A stretch of DNA of 64,000 nt from Nannocystis sp. (GCF_016717175.1 NZ_JADKFZ010000003.1); one strand, 5' to 3'. Shown: positions 47,484 through 58,064, numbered from the stretch's first letter. Translations and numbers: made by a program. Notes: generated by a model from the letters alone, not told the origin.

Positions 47484-48677
47484 TGGTGGTCGAGATGGTG
47501 CGTGTCCTTCACCGCGCCGCGCTCGCCGTTTCGGTGGTCGGGCTGTGTCTCGCCGCCGGGGCGTGCCACAGCGGGCAGCAGCGATCACCGCCGCCGCTGC
47601 CGGTGGTGTCAGATCTGCCGCCGAGCCCGCCGGTGATCGAGCCGGCGGCGCCGGTTGTGGCGCCGGCGTTGGTGCGTCCTGGCGCGGTGAAGACGGTGTC
47701 GCTGCGCGCACGCCTGCCGCACACCAACTGGCTCGGGGAGGTCGCGGTGGGCCCCCGACGGTGCGCGCCTGGCCAGCGGCGACGACGATGGCGCGCTGCG
47801 CATCTGGGACGCGCGCACCGGCAAGCTCGCGCTGGATCTCGGCAAGCACGAGCGGCGGATCACCGCCCTGGCCTATGCACCGGACGGGACCCAGGTCGCG
47901 GTCGCGGGTATGACCGACCTGCGGATCTGGGACACGGATACTGGCGCCGTGGCGCACCGTCTGCCCGGGCACGAGGATATCATCACAGACCTGCGCTGCG
48001 TCGGCGACGAGCTGTACGCCGTCGATCTGCGCAATGCGCTGGTGCGCTGGGACCTGCGGAGCGGGCGACGGATCGCCACGATCGAGGTGCCGACGATCCA
48101 CAGCCTGTCGCTGGCGATCGCCCCGGGCGGGCGAGCGCTGGCGCTGGGCGGCTATGGGGATATCGAGCTGATCGAGCTGTCGGGTCGCAAGTCGCGCTTC
48201 AAGCTCGAGATGCCGCGCTGTGATCAGCAGCCGGGCGACCTCCTGTGCGCGCGCTGGAAGGTGCGGGAGGTCGAGGAGTTCGGCTACGAGGGCGGCTCGC
48301 CGAGTCGGCACAAAGAGAGCGGGCCGCAGTGGTATGTGCAGGACCTCGCGTTCTCGGGCGACGGCGGGCTGCTGCTGGCCGGCCGCGCCGACGGCGTGGC
48401 GATCCTCATTGATACGGCGAGCGGCAAGCCGCTGGCTCGCCTCGCGATCGGGGACGATGACCACGCCGCCGTGGCGTTGACGGCCGACGGCGCCACGGCG
48501 GCGCTCGGCAACCGCGACGGGCTCGTGACCCTGTGGGATGTCGCGTCGCGTACCGAGCTGCGGGTGACCCATGAGTCCGGTGAGATCGTCGCGGGTCTGG
48601 CGTTCTCGCCGGACGCGACCGCGCTGGCGGCGGCGGGGCCGGGGCAAGCCGTGACGATCTGGGAGCTCGGGCGCTGA
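47483..48677 (+). pseudogene. WD40-repeat lipoprotein interrupted by +1 frameshift in a C5 homopolymer (~47752-47756)
   Basis: The upstream frame encodes a signal plus lipobox (LCLAAGAC). The downstream frame encodes WD repeats (LASGDDDGALRIWD, GLVTLWD). Deleting one C restores ...VAVGPDGARLASG. Confidence 0.6.
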
Positions 48678-48830
48678 GCGGGCGCGTGCACGATTTTCGG
48701 ATCGCTGCAAACCTTGCATTCGACCGGGGCGCGTCGCCCGTCCAAGGCGTCGAGATTCCTCGTCAGTCTCGGTTCGCCGGGCCACGTCGCGGCTGGAACC
48801 GGAGCTGCATGGCGCCTCGCGGGTCGACGG

Positions 48831-51545
48831 ATGCTATCGCTCACCTCCTTCTCATTGCGTCGGCCGTGGTGGATCCTCCTCTGTTTCGTCGCGCTCACGG
48901 CCGTCGCGCTGATCGGCGTCATGCGGATCGAGAGCGAGGATGACGTGTTTGTATTCCTCCCGGACGAGGATCCCGACGTCCGCGGATTTCGCGAGGTGAG
49001 TGACCGATTTGGTTCGCTGCGGGTGGCGCTCATCGGGGCCGAGGCCCGCGATCCCACGGGTGATGTATTTGGGCCGGAGGAGGCCCGCGCGCTGGCAGCG
49101 GCGACCGAGGCGCTGGGTGCCACACCCGGGGTCGCGCGCGTGATGTCGCTGGCCAACACCGCCGACGTGGTGAGCACCGAGGACGGCGCCGAGATCGGGC
49201 CGCTCCTGCCCGGTCCGCCGGCGTCCGTCGCGGCCCACGCGGCGGTTCGGCAGCGGGTGCTCGCGCTGGACCACATCGTAGGTAACCTGGTGTCCGCCGA
49301 TGGCCGGGCCACGACCATCTATGTATATATGCTGGACGGCGTCGGCACCGAGGAGACGGTGACGGCATTGCGCGCGGTCGCCGAGCGCGAGTTGGCCCCA
49401 TTCGAGGTCCATTACGCCGGGGCGGCCTTCGCCGCCGAGGCGATCTATGGCGAGGCCCGCGACGACGTACGCCACCTGTCTCCGGTCGCCGCGCTCGTGC
49501 TCATCCTCGTCGTCCTGCTGTCCTTTCGCGATCCGGTGGGCGTCGTGCTCACCCTCGGGTCGGTCGGCATCGCCACCGTGGTCGTGTTCGGCGCGATGGG
49601 CTTCGCGGGTGAGCGCTACACGGCGCTGACCTCGACGATGCCCGTCATCCTGCTGGCGACCGGGAGCGCCTACACGGTGCACGTGCTCGGTCGCTACTAC
49701 CTCGAGCGCGAGGGGGCGACGCCCCGGGTCGCGCTCGAGCGAGCGAGCCGTATCGTCGCCCGTCCGCTGGCGATCGCCGCGTGGACGACCGCCGCTGCGT
49801 TCCTCTCGTTCCTGGTGATGGATGTGCGGCCGATGCGGGCCTTCGGCCTGGCCGTCGCGGTCGGCACGCTGTTGTGCTGGTTCATCGCCCGGACCCTGGT
49901 CCCGGCGGTGATGATCCTGTGGCCGCGAGCGCCGAGCCGCGAGCAACTGCTGCCATTCGGCGCGGCGCTGGCCGGGATGTGGCGAGCCGTCGAGCGCCGC
50001 CCGAAGACGGTGGCGGCGGCGATGCTGCTCGTGACCGCGGCCTCGCTGCTGCCGCTCGGGGAGGTCGAGGTGCGGATGGAGGCCCAGGCCTTCTTGCGCG
50101 AGGGCTCCCCCGCGTGGCGAGACCAACGATTCTTCGAGGACCGCTTCGGCGGCGCGCGCTTCGTCCAGATCGAGATCGCGGGCGACATGCAAGATCCGGC
50201 GAGCCTCCGCGAGATCGCGCGCCTCGCCGACTATGCACGCAGTCTCCCGGGCGTGTCCCAGGTGTCGTCACTCATCGACCCGCTGGCGATCGGTGCCGAG
50301 GTGTTGAGCGGCGAATACCGGCTGCCGACCTCGCGCCGTGAGGCGGCCCAGGTCTACCTGTTCCTCGCTGGTGAGACCGGCCTGGCCTCGCTGCTGACGC
50401 CCGATCGCGGGCACGCCCTGATCAATGCCCGGGTGAAAGGCGAGGCCGCACCGGTCGTCGCGGGGCTCGAGGCGTACCTCACGGAGCAGCTGCAGACCAC
50501 GCCGTCCGGCCCGACGCCCACATCGGTCGCGGAGCGCCTGGTGCTCGTCGCTCGGGGCGCCGGCGGTACGGTGGACGCGCGGGCGGTCGGCGCAATGATC
50601 GATCGCGGGGCGGCCGTCGACGAGGCCTCGCCGACGTGGGGATCGGCGGTCGCCCAGCAGGTCGACCAGCACCTGCGCGGGGATCTGGCGCCGCCCTTCG
50701 ACGCCGCCGCGCAGGCCGAGATCCGGGCCGCGGCGGGGCGATCGGGGGTCGCGCTGCGGGCCCTCCTGGTCGAGCGAGCGCAGGGCGACCGCGACGCCGA
50801 TCTGTACCAGGAGATGCTGCGTCTGCTCGACGGGGCGCGGCGCAGCTTCCAGGTCCAGCAGACCGCGACCGCGGTGCTCGCCGCGGCGGGGCTCGATGCG
50901 AGTAACGCGACCCTGCGAAGGCGGGCCGAGCTGATCCTCCGCGACCTCAACGCCCCGCCGATCGAGCGCGCCTCGACCGAGCTCGTGGCCCGCGTCACCG
51001 GCGAGCCGGTCCTCGATCGTGCGCTCTCGCGTTCGGTCGAGCGCAACCAGCTGCGCAGTATGGCCGTCGGGTTGGTGACCGTATCGGCCCTGTTGCTGCT
51101 GTTGTTCCGCTCGCTGACGCTGTCGCTGCTCTGCGTCGTGCCAGCGGCGGTCACGGCCGTGATCGTCGGCGGTGTCATGGGAATGATGGGGGCCCGGATC
51201 GACCTCAGCACGGCGATGGTCGGGGCGATCCTCACGGACACGGCCTCCGATTTCGGCATGCATTACGTATGGTACCTCCGGCGGCGTGCACCGGAGGAGG
51301 TGGCGCGTCGTGTCGGTCCGGTGATGCTCGTCAGCACGGCTCTGGTCGCCCTCGGCTTCTACGTGTTCGCCGCGGGCCAGTCGACGGTGATGCGGACCTT
51401 CGGCCTGCTCGCCGGCAGCACCTGCCTGGTATCTGGGCTCGTCACGATCCTCCTGCTCCCGGTCGTGTGGCCGTGGCTCCGGCGGCTTCACCCGGAGTGG
51501 AGCAGCGCGCCCACTGATCTGGCCGAGGACGACGTGGCGCCCTAG
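48831..51545 (+). CDS. MMPL/RND-superfamily transporter (HpnN-like)
   Basis: Twelve TM helices in two 6-TM blocks with periplasmic loops. Start reassigned to MLSLTSFSLRRPWWILL. Confidence 0.75.
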   Translation: MLSLTSFSLRRPWWILLCFVALTAVALIGVMRIESEDDVFVFLPDEDPDVRGFREVSDRFGSLRVALIGAEARDPTGDVFGPEEARALAAATEALGATPGVARVMSLANTADVVSTEDGAEIGPLLPGPPASVAAHAAVRQRVLALDHIVGNLVSADGRATTIYVYMLDGVGTEETVTALRAVAERELAPFEVHYAGAAFAAEAIYGEARDDVRHLSPVAALVLILVVLLSFRDPVGVVLTLGSVGIATVVVFGAMGFAGERYTALTSTMPVILLATGSAYTVHVLGRYYLEREGATPRVALERASRIVARPLAIAAWTTAAAFLSFLVMDVRPMRAFGLAVAVGTLLCWFIARTLVPAVMILWPRAPSREQLLPFGAALAGMWRAVERRPKTVAAAMLLVTAASLLPLGEVEVRMEAQAFLREGSPAWRDQRFFEDRFGGARFVQIEIAGDMQDPASLREIARLADYARSLPGVSQVSSLIDPLAIGAEVLSGEYRLPTSRREAAQVYLFLAGETGLASLLTPDRGHALINARVKGEAAPVVAGLEAYLTEQLQTTPSGPTPTSVAERLVLVARGAGGTVDARAVGAMIDRGAAVDEASPTWGSAVAQQVDQHLRGDLAPPFDAAAQAEIRAAAGRSGVALRALLVERAQGDRDADLYQEMLRLLDGARRSFQVQQTATAVLAAAGLDASNATLRRRAELILRDLNAPPIERASTELVARVTGEPVLDRALSRSVERNQLRSMAVGLVTVSALLLLLFRSLTLSLLCVVPAAVTAVIVGGVMGMMGARIDLSTAMVGAILTDTASDFGMHYVWYLRRRAPEEVARRVGPVMLVSTALVALGFYVFAAGQSTVMRTFGLLAGSTCLVSGLVTILLLPVVWPWLRRLHPEWSSAPTDLAEDDVAP

Positions 51546-51668
51546 TCGGACGCGGACCGGGGAACACGCAGGACTTGCACGTGGGTGCAAGGGGTTCCGC
51601 TGGCGGCGAAGCCCATGCTGGATCTCATGGCGAGGGCCGCGGCACGGGTCTTGCTGGGTGGACCCGTC

Positions 51669-52439
51669 ATGAAGTCAGGCACCCTCCTGCTGTCGTCGTT
51701 GCTCGGGCTAGCGAGCGTTCTGGTGTTCCCCCAGCGATCGGTCGTGGCCTCGGCGGAGTCTGTCGCTCAGGGAGCGGCGGTCTTGCGCGTCGCCGACGAA
51801 CGTGCGGCCCGGTTCCCGGATCAGACATATACGGCGAACATGGACATCTACAAGCACGGCGAGCTGCGCTCGACGCTGGTGTTCTCGATGGCGATGAAGA
51901 ACCTCGAGAAGCAGCTGATCCGCTTTGTTGAGCCCGGTGACGTCGCGGGCATGAAGATCTTGATGGAGAATCGCGACACCATTTATATGTACAGCCCCGA
52001 GTTCCAGAAGGTCCGGCGGATCGCGGCCCACATGCAGAACCAGGGCTTCCTCGGGAGCGAGTTCACGCCCGAGGACATGATCCTGGCCCGGCTGTCGCCG
52101 AGCTTCGACGCCGACCTGATCGGCAAGACCGGCACCGAGACGGCCCTGGTCCTCACGCCGAAGAGCGGCGCGACGGTGTCCTTCTCGAAGCTCGAGATCT
52201 TCATCGATTCGACCGTCGGGGGCATCTCGCGGATCCACTACTACGACGTCGGCGGCAGCCACGTCCGCACCCAGCTCCGGGAGGTCTGGAAGCGCTTCGA
52301 GGACACCCAGATGCCGACCCAGATCCGCATGAAGAACCTCGTGACCGGCGACGAGACGATCATCCGCCTGTCCAATATCGACGTGAAGTCGCCGGTCCCT
52401 GACGATTTGTTCTCGCGCCGCACCCTGATGAGCGGGTGA
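51669..52439 (+). CDS. outer-membrane lipoprotein-sorting (LolA-like) protein
   Basis: Signal peptide and a LolA-like fold family commonly paired with MMPL transporters. Lower GC. Confidence 0.6.
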   Translation: MKSGTLLLSSLLGLASVLVFPQRSVVASAESVAQGAAVLRVADERAARFPDQTYTANMDIYKHGELRSTLVFSMAMKNLEKQLIRFVEPGDVAGMKILMENRDTIYMYSPEFQKVRRIAAHMQNQGFLGSEFTPEDMILARLSPSFDADLIGKTGTETALVLTPKSGATVSFSKLEIFIDSTVGGISRIHYYDVGGSHVRTQLREVWKRFEDTQMPTQIRMKNLVTGDETIIRLSNIDVKSPVPDDLFSRRTLMSG

Positions 52440-52623
52440 GCGGGTGAGGGCCCTGGCCGTCGCGCCGGGTCTGGGCGATAGTGCCCACAGGACGCGGGTC
52501 CCCGCGGGCCGAGGTCGATGGGCGAGGCGGTAGGCGCCGGGTTTCATCATTCGCGCGGGTCCCCGCGGGGCGAGGTCGATGGTGCGCCGGTGATCGGGCT
52601 GATATCCTCGCGCTCCGGTCGGC

Positions 52624-53934
52624 GTGCGAGCTCCTGGACCTTCGATCGTGCCGCGCTTCGTCGGCGACTCGCGTGACATCGTCGGGCCCCTCGACGAGGC
52701 CGCCTTCGACGAGCAGCGGGCTCTGCTGAGCGGCGAGTTCACCAAGCTGACGGCGTGGATCTTGATCGTCCTTACGGTGGTGCTGTGGCCGACGGACGCG
52801 CTGCTGTTTCGCGGGCAGCCGGCGGTGCTCGAGTTCTTCGCCCGCTGGCGGCCGCCGATCCTCGCGCTCGCGGTGATCACCCTGCTGGGCTTCCGCTTCT
52901 CCGCGACGGTACGCGGGCGGGCGGCGTTGTTCGCGATGATCGCCCTCACCATGGGCGCGGCGATCTGCGGCGGGGCGCTCGGCCAGCTCGGGGCGCCCGG
53001 CGAGGTCTACTATCCGTGCTCTTATCTGCTATCGCAGGCGACGGTGCCGCTGATCGTCCGGCCGGTCGCGCGCCTGGTCGGCAGCATCGTCGTGCCGCTG
53101 GCCTTCACCCTGCCATACGCCTACTGCAACCCCAGCTATTTCACGGACAATCCTTACGCGATCTCGCTGCTGGTATTCCAGCTGCTGGCGATCGTCGGTG
53201 GATTCGGGCTCGGCCACAGCCTCTATTCGCTGGTCCGCGGCAACTTCGCGCGGCGCGAGGCGCTCGCGGCCCAGGCCGCCGAGCTGGCCCGGGCGCGGGA
53301 GAAGACGGAGCGGCTGCTGCTCAACATCTTGCCCGGGACGGTGGCGGCCCAGCTCAAGGACGGGGCCGCCACCATCGCCGAGGCGCACGCGGATGTCACG
53401 GTGCTGTTCGTCGACATCTGCGGGTTCACGCGCCTGTCGACCGGGTCGGGCGCGGCGGAGGTGGTGCAGATGCTGAACAAGGTGTTCTCGGCCTTCGACG
53501 CGCTGGTCGAGCTGCACGGCGTCGAGAAGATCAAGACGATCGGCGACGCGTACATGGTCGCCGCGGGCCTGCCGGAGCCGCGCAGCGACCACGCCCGGGC
53601 GATCGCCGACCTCGCCCTCGATATGCTCGCGGTGATCCGGGGGCTATGTGATCCGGCGGGGGCCCCGATCCAGGTGCGTATCGGTGCACATTGCGGGCCG
53701 GTGATCGCGGGGGTGATCGGGCGCAAGAAGTTTATCTATGACCTTTGGGGCGACACGGTCAATACGGCGAGTCGGATGGAGTCGCACGGCGAGCCGGGGA
53801 CGATCCAGATCACCGATGCGCTCGCCCGTCGTCTCGGGCCCGCGTACCGCTGCGAGCTGCGCGGGGCGATCGCCGTCAAGGGCAAGGGCGAGATGGTCAC
53901 CCACTTCCTGCGCGGCGTCGCCGGGGGGCCTTAG
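52624..53934 (+). CDS. membrane-anchored class III adenylate/guanylate cyclase
   Basis: Six TM helices, then a CHD domain (FVDICGFT, IKTIGDAYM, GDTVNTASRMES). Confidence 0.8.
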   Translation: MRAPGPSIVPRFVGDSRDIVGPLDEAAFDEQRALLSGEFTKLTAWILIVLTVVLWPTDALLFRGQPAVLEFFARWRPPILALAVITLLGFRFSATVRGRAALFAMIALTMGAAICGGALGQLGAPGEVYYPCSYLLSQATVPLIVRPVARLVGSIVVPLAFTLPYAYCNPSYFTDNPYAISLLVFQLLAIVGGFGLGHSLYSLVRGNFARREALAAQAAELARAREKTERLLLNILPGTVAAQLKDGAATIAEAHADVTVLFVDICGFTRLSTGSGAAEVVQMLNKVFSAFDALVELHGVEKIKTIGDAYMVAAGLPEPRSDHARAIADLALDMLAVIRGLCDPAGAPIQVRIGAHCGPVIAGVIGRKKFIYDLWGDTVNTASRMESHGEPGTIQITDALARRLGPAYRCELRGAIAVKGKGEMVTHFLRGVAGGP

Positions 53935-53955
53935 CGACGGTGGCGGCGAATGCAC

Positions 53956-56082
53956 TCACCGCGACTGGGCCAGGAAGCCCTCGCTGGCCGCGGCGTGGCG
54001 CGGCGCGACCGCGAGGACCTCGCGGAACTGGGCTACGGCTTCGTCGGCGAGGCCGAGCTTGAGGAGCGCCCAGCCGAGCCCGGCCTTGACCTCGATATCG
54101 CCGGGGTAGGCGGCCAGCAAGGCGCTGTATCCCGCGGCCGCGGCGGCATGGTCGCCCTGCGAGTAATGAATGTACGCGAGGCGCAGCGAGGCGAGGTAGT
54201 TGCGCGGGTCGAGCTCGAGGATCTCGTGGGCCTCGGCGATCGCCGCGGCGTAGCGCCGGTCCGCGATCAATGGGAGCATGCGCCCGAGCCGTGATTCGAC
54301 GGCGGCCGGCGCGAGCTCGGTGGCCCGGGCGTACGCGGCGCTGGCGTCGGCGTGGCGACCGAGCTGGTAGAGCAGCCAGCCGCGGCGCAGCTCGGCGATG
54401 TAGCTCGATCGCTCGGGCCCGGGCAGGCATTCGATCGCCGCGAGCGCGGCGAGGTGGAGACCGGCGGCTTCCTTATCATAGGACAGCTGGTAGAGCATCG
54501 CGGGGCCGCTCTCGACGATCTGGCGGAGCTCGCCTAAGTGCTGGGCGCGGCTCCACGGGCGCGCCGCGAACAGGCGCCGGATGCCGGCGATCCACTCGCG
54601 GGCGCGGGGGGTCAGCGCGTGGTGGTCGTCCATCGCGCGCCCGGGCAGCAGGAGGATGCCGAGGTCGGCGCCCTCGTAGAGGTGGTCGCCGACCCGGAGG
54701 ATCCGCAGGAAGAACGCCTCGTGGTCGCCACGCACCGCTCGGTGGTCGGGCTCGAAGCGGTCGAACACGACGGTGCCGTCGTCCTCGAGGCGGTAAACGC
54801 CGCTCGCCGGGGCGGCGCCGATGAGGTCCGAGGTCGGCTCGGTGTGTTTGATCGCCATCTGCGACCACGGCTCGAACCCCACCGGGTCGGACCAGGCGCT
54901 GCTCAGCGCGTCGAGGTCGAGGCCTGGGTCGGCGTCGGCGAACTCGAGCAGGTGCAGCAGGAACAGCGGGATGCCGGCGGTCGCGCGGGTGGCGTGGCTG
55001 GTCATCGGCGATGCGCCGGTGATGCGCGGGTTGAGCTCGCCGAGCCACAGCTCGCCGGTGTCGAGGTCGAGCAGGAGGTCGAGCTCAAAGCAGCCGCGGT
55101 AGCCCTCGGCGCGCAGCTGTTCGCCAAAGGCGAGGGTGTAGGCGCGGGCCCTCGCGCGGAGCTCGGGGGTGAAGGCGTCGGCGAACACCTCGTTGCCGCA
55201 CCAACCCCCGCGGTACGGGGTCAGCTCCGGGAAGCCGATCAGCTCGGTCATCAGCGGGCCGACGGCGGTCCCCCGCCGGGTCGTGCAGCCCTCGATCGCG
55301 GTGCCGAGGCAGCGGATCCGTCGCATGATCTTGACCTCGCCCTTGCCGAGGATCGCGTCGGCGTGGCGCGCGAAGTCAGCCTCGTCCTTGATGAAGTATG
55401 TGGTGTGGCCGCTGTCGCCGTAGGCGGTCTGGACGACCAGGTCGCGGCCGAGCCCGTGGGCGTCGGCGAGGCGGCACAATTGCGCGTAGCCGGTGACCTC
55501 GGCGAGGGTGCCGGGCACCGACGGGACGCCCGCGCGCTCGCCGAGGCGCACGGTCTCGATCTTGCTGTCGATGCGCCCGCGCAAGCGGGCAGGCGGGAGC
55601 CACACCTCGGCGCCCAGCGCCCGCGCGAGCGCCTCGCTGTGCTCGTCGAACATCAGGAACACGAGCCGCGCCCCGCCGGGGCTCCCGGCCAGGCGATCGC
55701 GCACCTCGTCGTGTTGCAGCAGGTAATTGTTGATGTCCTCGATCGAGGTGAATGGCGCGTGCATGTGCTCCCTCGGCGAGAGCACGTGGGGGTGGCGCCC
55801 GTCGAATGAATCGATGGAGGTGATGAACTCGAAATTGCCCACGTCGGCGTCGACGCCGAGCAGGTTGAAGCTGGTCGCGCTCATGAAGTAGATCGGCTGT
55901 TCGTTGCGCCCAAGGTATCGACAGGCCTCGGCGACCCCCGCGATCGCGCGTGGGGGGGCCGCGGCCACACGCGGCGAAGTCGGGGGCGCGCGGGCCTCAT
56001 CGATCCGGCTCAGGGGGGCGCTGTCTACCGTCGTGGGTTCAGCAAATGTGTCGGGCCCGGGGGCGGGTGCAACGAGTTCCAT
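53956..56082 (-). CDS. ATP-grasp domain protein with C-terminal TPR repeats
   Basis: ELNPRITGASPM matches the ATP-grasp ExN motif. TPR repeats are C-terminal. Start uncertain (the ATG at 56082 has GGTGG upstream). Confidence 0.55.
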   Translation of the reverse strand: MELVAPAPGPDTFAEPTTVDSAPLSRIDEARAPPTSPRVAAAPPRAIAGVAEACRYLGRNEQPIYFMSATSFNLLGVDADVGNFEFITSIDSFDGRHPHVLSPREHMHAPFTSIEDINNYLLQHDEVRDRLAGSPGGARLVFLMFDEHSEALARALGAEVWLPPARLRGRIDSKIETVRLGERAGVPSVPGTLAEVTGYAQLCRLADAHGLGRDLVVQTAYGDSGHTTYFIKDEADFARHADAILGKGEVKIMRRIRCLGTAIEGCTTRRGTAVGPLMTELIGFPELTPYRGGWCGNEVFADAFTPELRARARAYTLAFGEQLRAEGYRGCFELDLLLDLDTGELWLGELNPRITGASPMTSHATRATAGIPLFLLHLLEFADADPGLDLDALSSAWSDPVGFEPWSQMAIKHTEPTSDLIGAAPASGVYRLEDDGTVVFDRFEPDHRAVRGDHEAFFLRILRVGDHLYEGADLGILLLPGRAMDDHHALTPRAREWIAGIRRLFAARPWSRAQHLGELRQIVESGPAMLYQLSYDKEAAGLHLAALAAIECLPGPERSSYIAELRRGWLLYQLGRHADASAAYARATELAPAAVESRLGRMLPLIADRRYAAAIAEAHEILELDPRNYLASLRLAYIHYSQGDHAAAAAGYSALLAAYPGDIEVKAGLGWALLKLGLADEAVAQFREVLAVAPRHAAASEGFLAQSR

Positions 56083-56534
56083 GCCACCAATCTCGCGCGG
56101 AGGAAGGCCGCCATCATAGCTGCTAATGCACCGCTCAGACAAGCCGTGATACACGGGCGGCAATGTCCGCGCGAGCGCCGATTCGCCCGCGGTCGCTATG
56201 CGCGGAGTACATCGTTAAGTCAGCGCCCACGACGGCGCGGCGCGGTACTGGGTGCTTGAACTCCGCGGGCTGCCATGCGATGTTGCCGCCCTCCTCGCTG
56301 TCAATCGACTGTCCCGCGCGCACACCATACGGGTGCGTGGCTCGCAGTCGCGGTGAATGCATGCAGCACCGATCCCCGGCTCGAAGGAGCGCGCCGTTCG
56401 GGACCGCTCGTCCGCGGTGGTATCATCGGAAGGCTTGACAGGCCGGAGCCTTATCCTCTAAGTGTAGCGTCGCCGATGGTGTTGGTTCGGCTTGTGAACA
56501 ACGCCGAGGGCGAGCAACAGACGGGGGCAACTTC

Positions 56535-58064
56535 ATGGCTACGTACAATGTCGAGAATCAGTGGGGTGGAAACAGCGCGCCGTGGCATCCGGGGGGGAGC
56601 TACGTACTGGGCGGTCGTGACACCCAGAGTGTCGTCGCGATCGACGTGACCTCCCCAGACGGCGGCCAGACGCTGGTCGGGACGATGACCTACGAGGGGG
56701 AAGGTCCGATCGGATTCAGGGGCACGTTGACCGGCGACAACAACTTCGATGTGCAGAACCAATGGGGCGGGGACGCTGCGCCCTGGCACCCCGGGGGGAC
56801 CTGGGTCATCGGAGGTCGCGTCGGCCAGAATGTCGTCGCGCTGAGTGTCAGCTCGGCGGACGGAGGCCGGACCCTGACCGGGACGATGACCTACGCGGGC
56901 GAGGGTCCGATCGGGTTCACCGGCACGCTGCAGCCGGCGCCCCCGATCGCGAACCCGGAGCCGCCGGCGAACCCGGAGCCGCCGGCGAACCCGGAGCCGC
57001 CGGTGAACCCGCCGTCGCGGCCGTGGATCTTCGTTCAGGGGCTGGACAGCGCCGGCGGTGACATCGGGAACTTCGGGGGCGGCAGGCCCTCCGACGAGAT
57101 GATCGCCCAGGCGGATGCGACCCCGGGCTGCATCGCGTTCAATACGAACGGCTGGTTCAAGAACGTCCTCCTTCCGCGCGACCAGTGGACGCGGTGGTCG
57201 GACAATCCCAATGAGGGCATGTGGGTCCGCGAGGGTGCGGACGTGCCCGCGCCGCCGGTGGAACCGCCGGCTCCTCCGAGTGAGCCGCCGCCGCGCACGC
57301 CCGTGGACTTCTCCGACCGCGGTGCGATCGTCACGCCGATCCTCAATGTCTCGGACATCGGCGCGAGCATCCGGTGGCTCGAGGCGCTCGGGTGGACCCG
57401 CCGCAACGTGTACAACGCCGGAGGCGCGGTCCCCGACGTGCACGCCGAGGCTGACGTGGCGACCGCGCTGTTCGCCACGCTGCGCTTCGGGTACGGCCAG
57501 ATCTTCCTCAGCCTGAACGCCCAGGGCCTGCGCGGCGGGCTCGCGGTCGGCCCGGGCAGTGGCGAGGACGCCGGCGCGACGTGGATGTACTGGTATATGA
57601 GCTCGCCGGCCGAGGTCGACGAGATCTTCGCGCGCGCCACCGCGGCCGGTGTCACGATCGTGGCGGCGCCCGAGGCCAAGCCGTGGGGTGAGCACGAGCT
57701 GCGCCTCGCCCACCCGGATGGCCACGTGTTCCGCATCGCCGCGACGATCATCGCGCCTGCGCCCGAGCCGGTGCCGGAGCCCGAGCCGGCCCCCACGCCC
57801 GAGCCGGAGGCGAAGGTGACGGTGTTCGAACACGGCGACTACCAGGGTCGCAGCCAGGAGCTGGTCGTCGGCTACAACGCCGGCCCGCTCGCGGTCGGCA
57901 ACGACGTCATCAGCTCGGTGCGGGTGCCCAGGGGCTTCCGCGTGACGCTCTACGAGCACGGCCCCGGCACCGGCCGGGAGCTCGTCCTGACCGAGGACAG
58001 GTCCTCGCTGCCCGACTTCAATGATGTGACATCGAACATCCTGGTCGAGCGCATCGAAGGATAG
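56535..58064 (+). CDS. multidomain protein: OAA/MBHA-family lectin + VOC (glyoxalase/bleomycin-resistance) + beta-gamma-crystallin
   Basis: The 134-residue N-terminal segment (residues 1-~134) is two ~67-aa OAA-type repeats (NQWGG..APWHPGG..GTMTYEGEGPIGF). Next come a PEPPAN linker, a VOC domain (ILNVSDIGASIRWLEALGW...PWGEHELRLAHPDGHVFRI), and a C-terminal beta-gamma-crystallin Greek key (VTVFEHGDYQGRSQ...NDVISSVRVPRGFRVTLYEHG). Confidence 0.75.
   Translation: MATYNVENQWGGNSAPWHPGGSYVLGGRDTQSVVAIDVTSPDGGQTLVGTMTYEGEGPIGFRGTLTGDNNFDVQNQWGGDAAPWHPGGTWVIGGRVGQNVVALSVSSADGGRTLTGTMTYAGEGPIGFTGTLQPAPPIANPEPPANPEPPANPEPPVNPPSRPWIFVQGLDSAGGDIGNFGGGRPSDEMIAQADATPGCIAFNTNGWFKNVLLPRDQWTRWSDNPNEGMWVREGADVPAPPVEPPAPPSEPPPRTPVDFSDRGAIVTPILNVSDIGASIRWLEALGWTRRNVYNAGGAVPDVHAEADVATALFATLRFGYGQIFLSLNAQGLRGGLAVGPGSGEDAGATWMYWYMSSPAEVDEIFARATAAGVTIVAAPEAKPWGEHELRLAHPDGHVFRIAATIIAPAPEPVPEPEPAPTPEPEAKVTVFEHGDYQGRSQELVVGYNAGPLAVGNDVISSVRVPRGFRVTLYEHGPGTGRELVLTEDRSSLPDFNDVTSNILVERIEG

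Noticed and set aside
45549-48785. 1078-aa minus-strand ORF
   Set aside because: Antisense to the epimerase, lipoprotein and WD40 genes. Arg-rich with no motifs.
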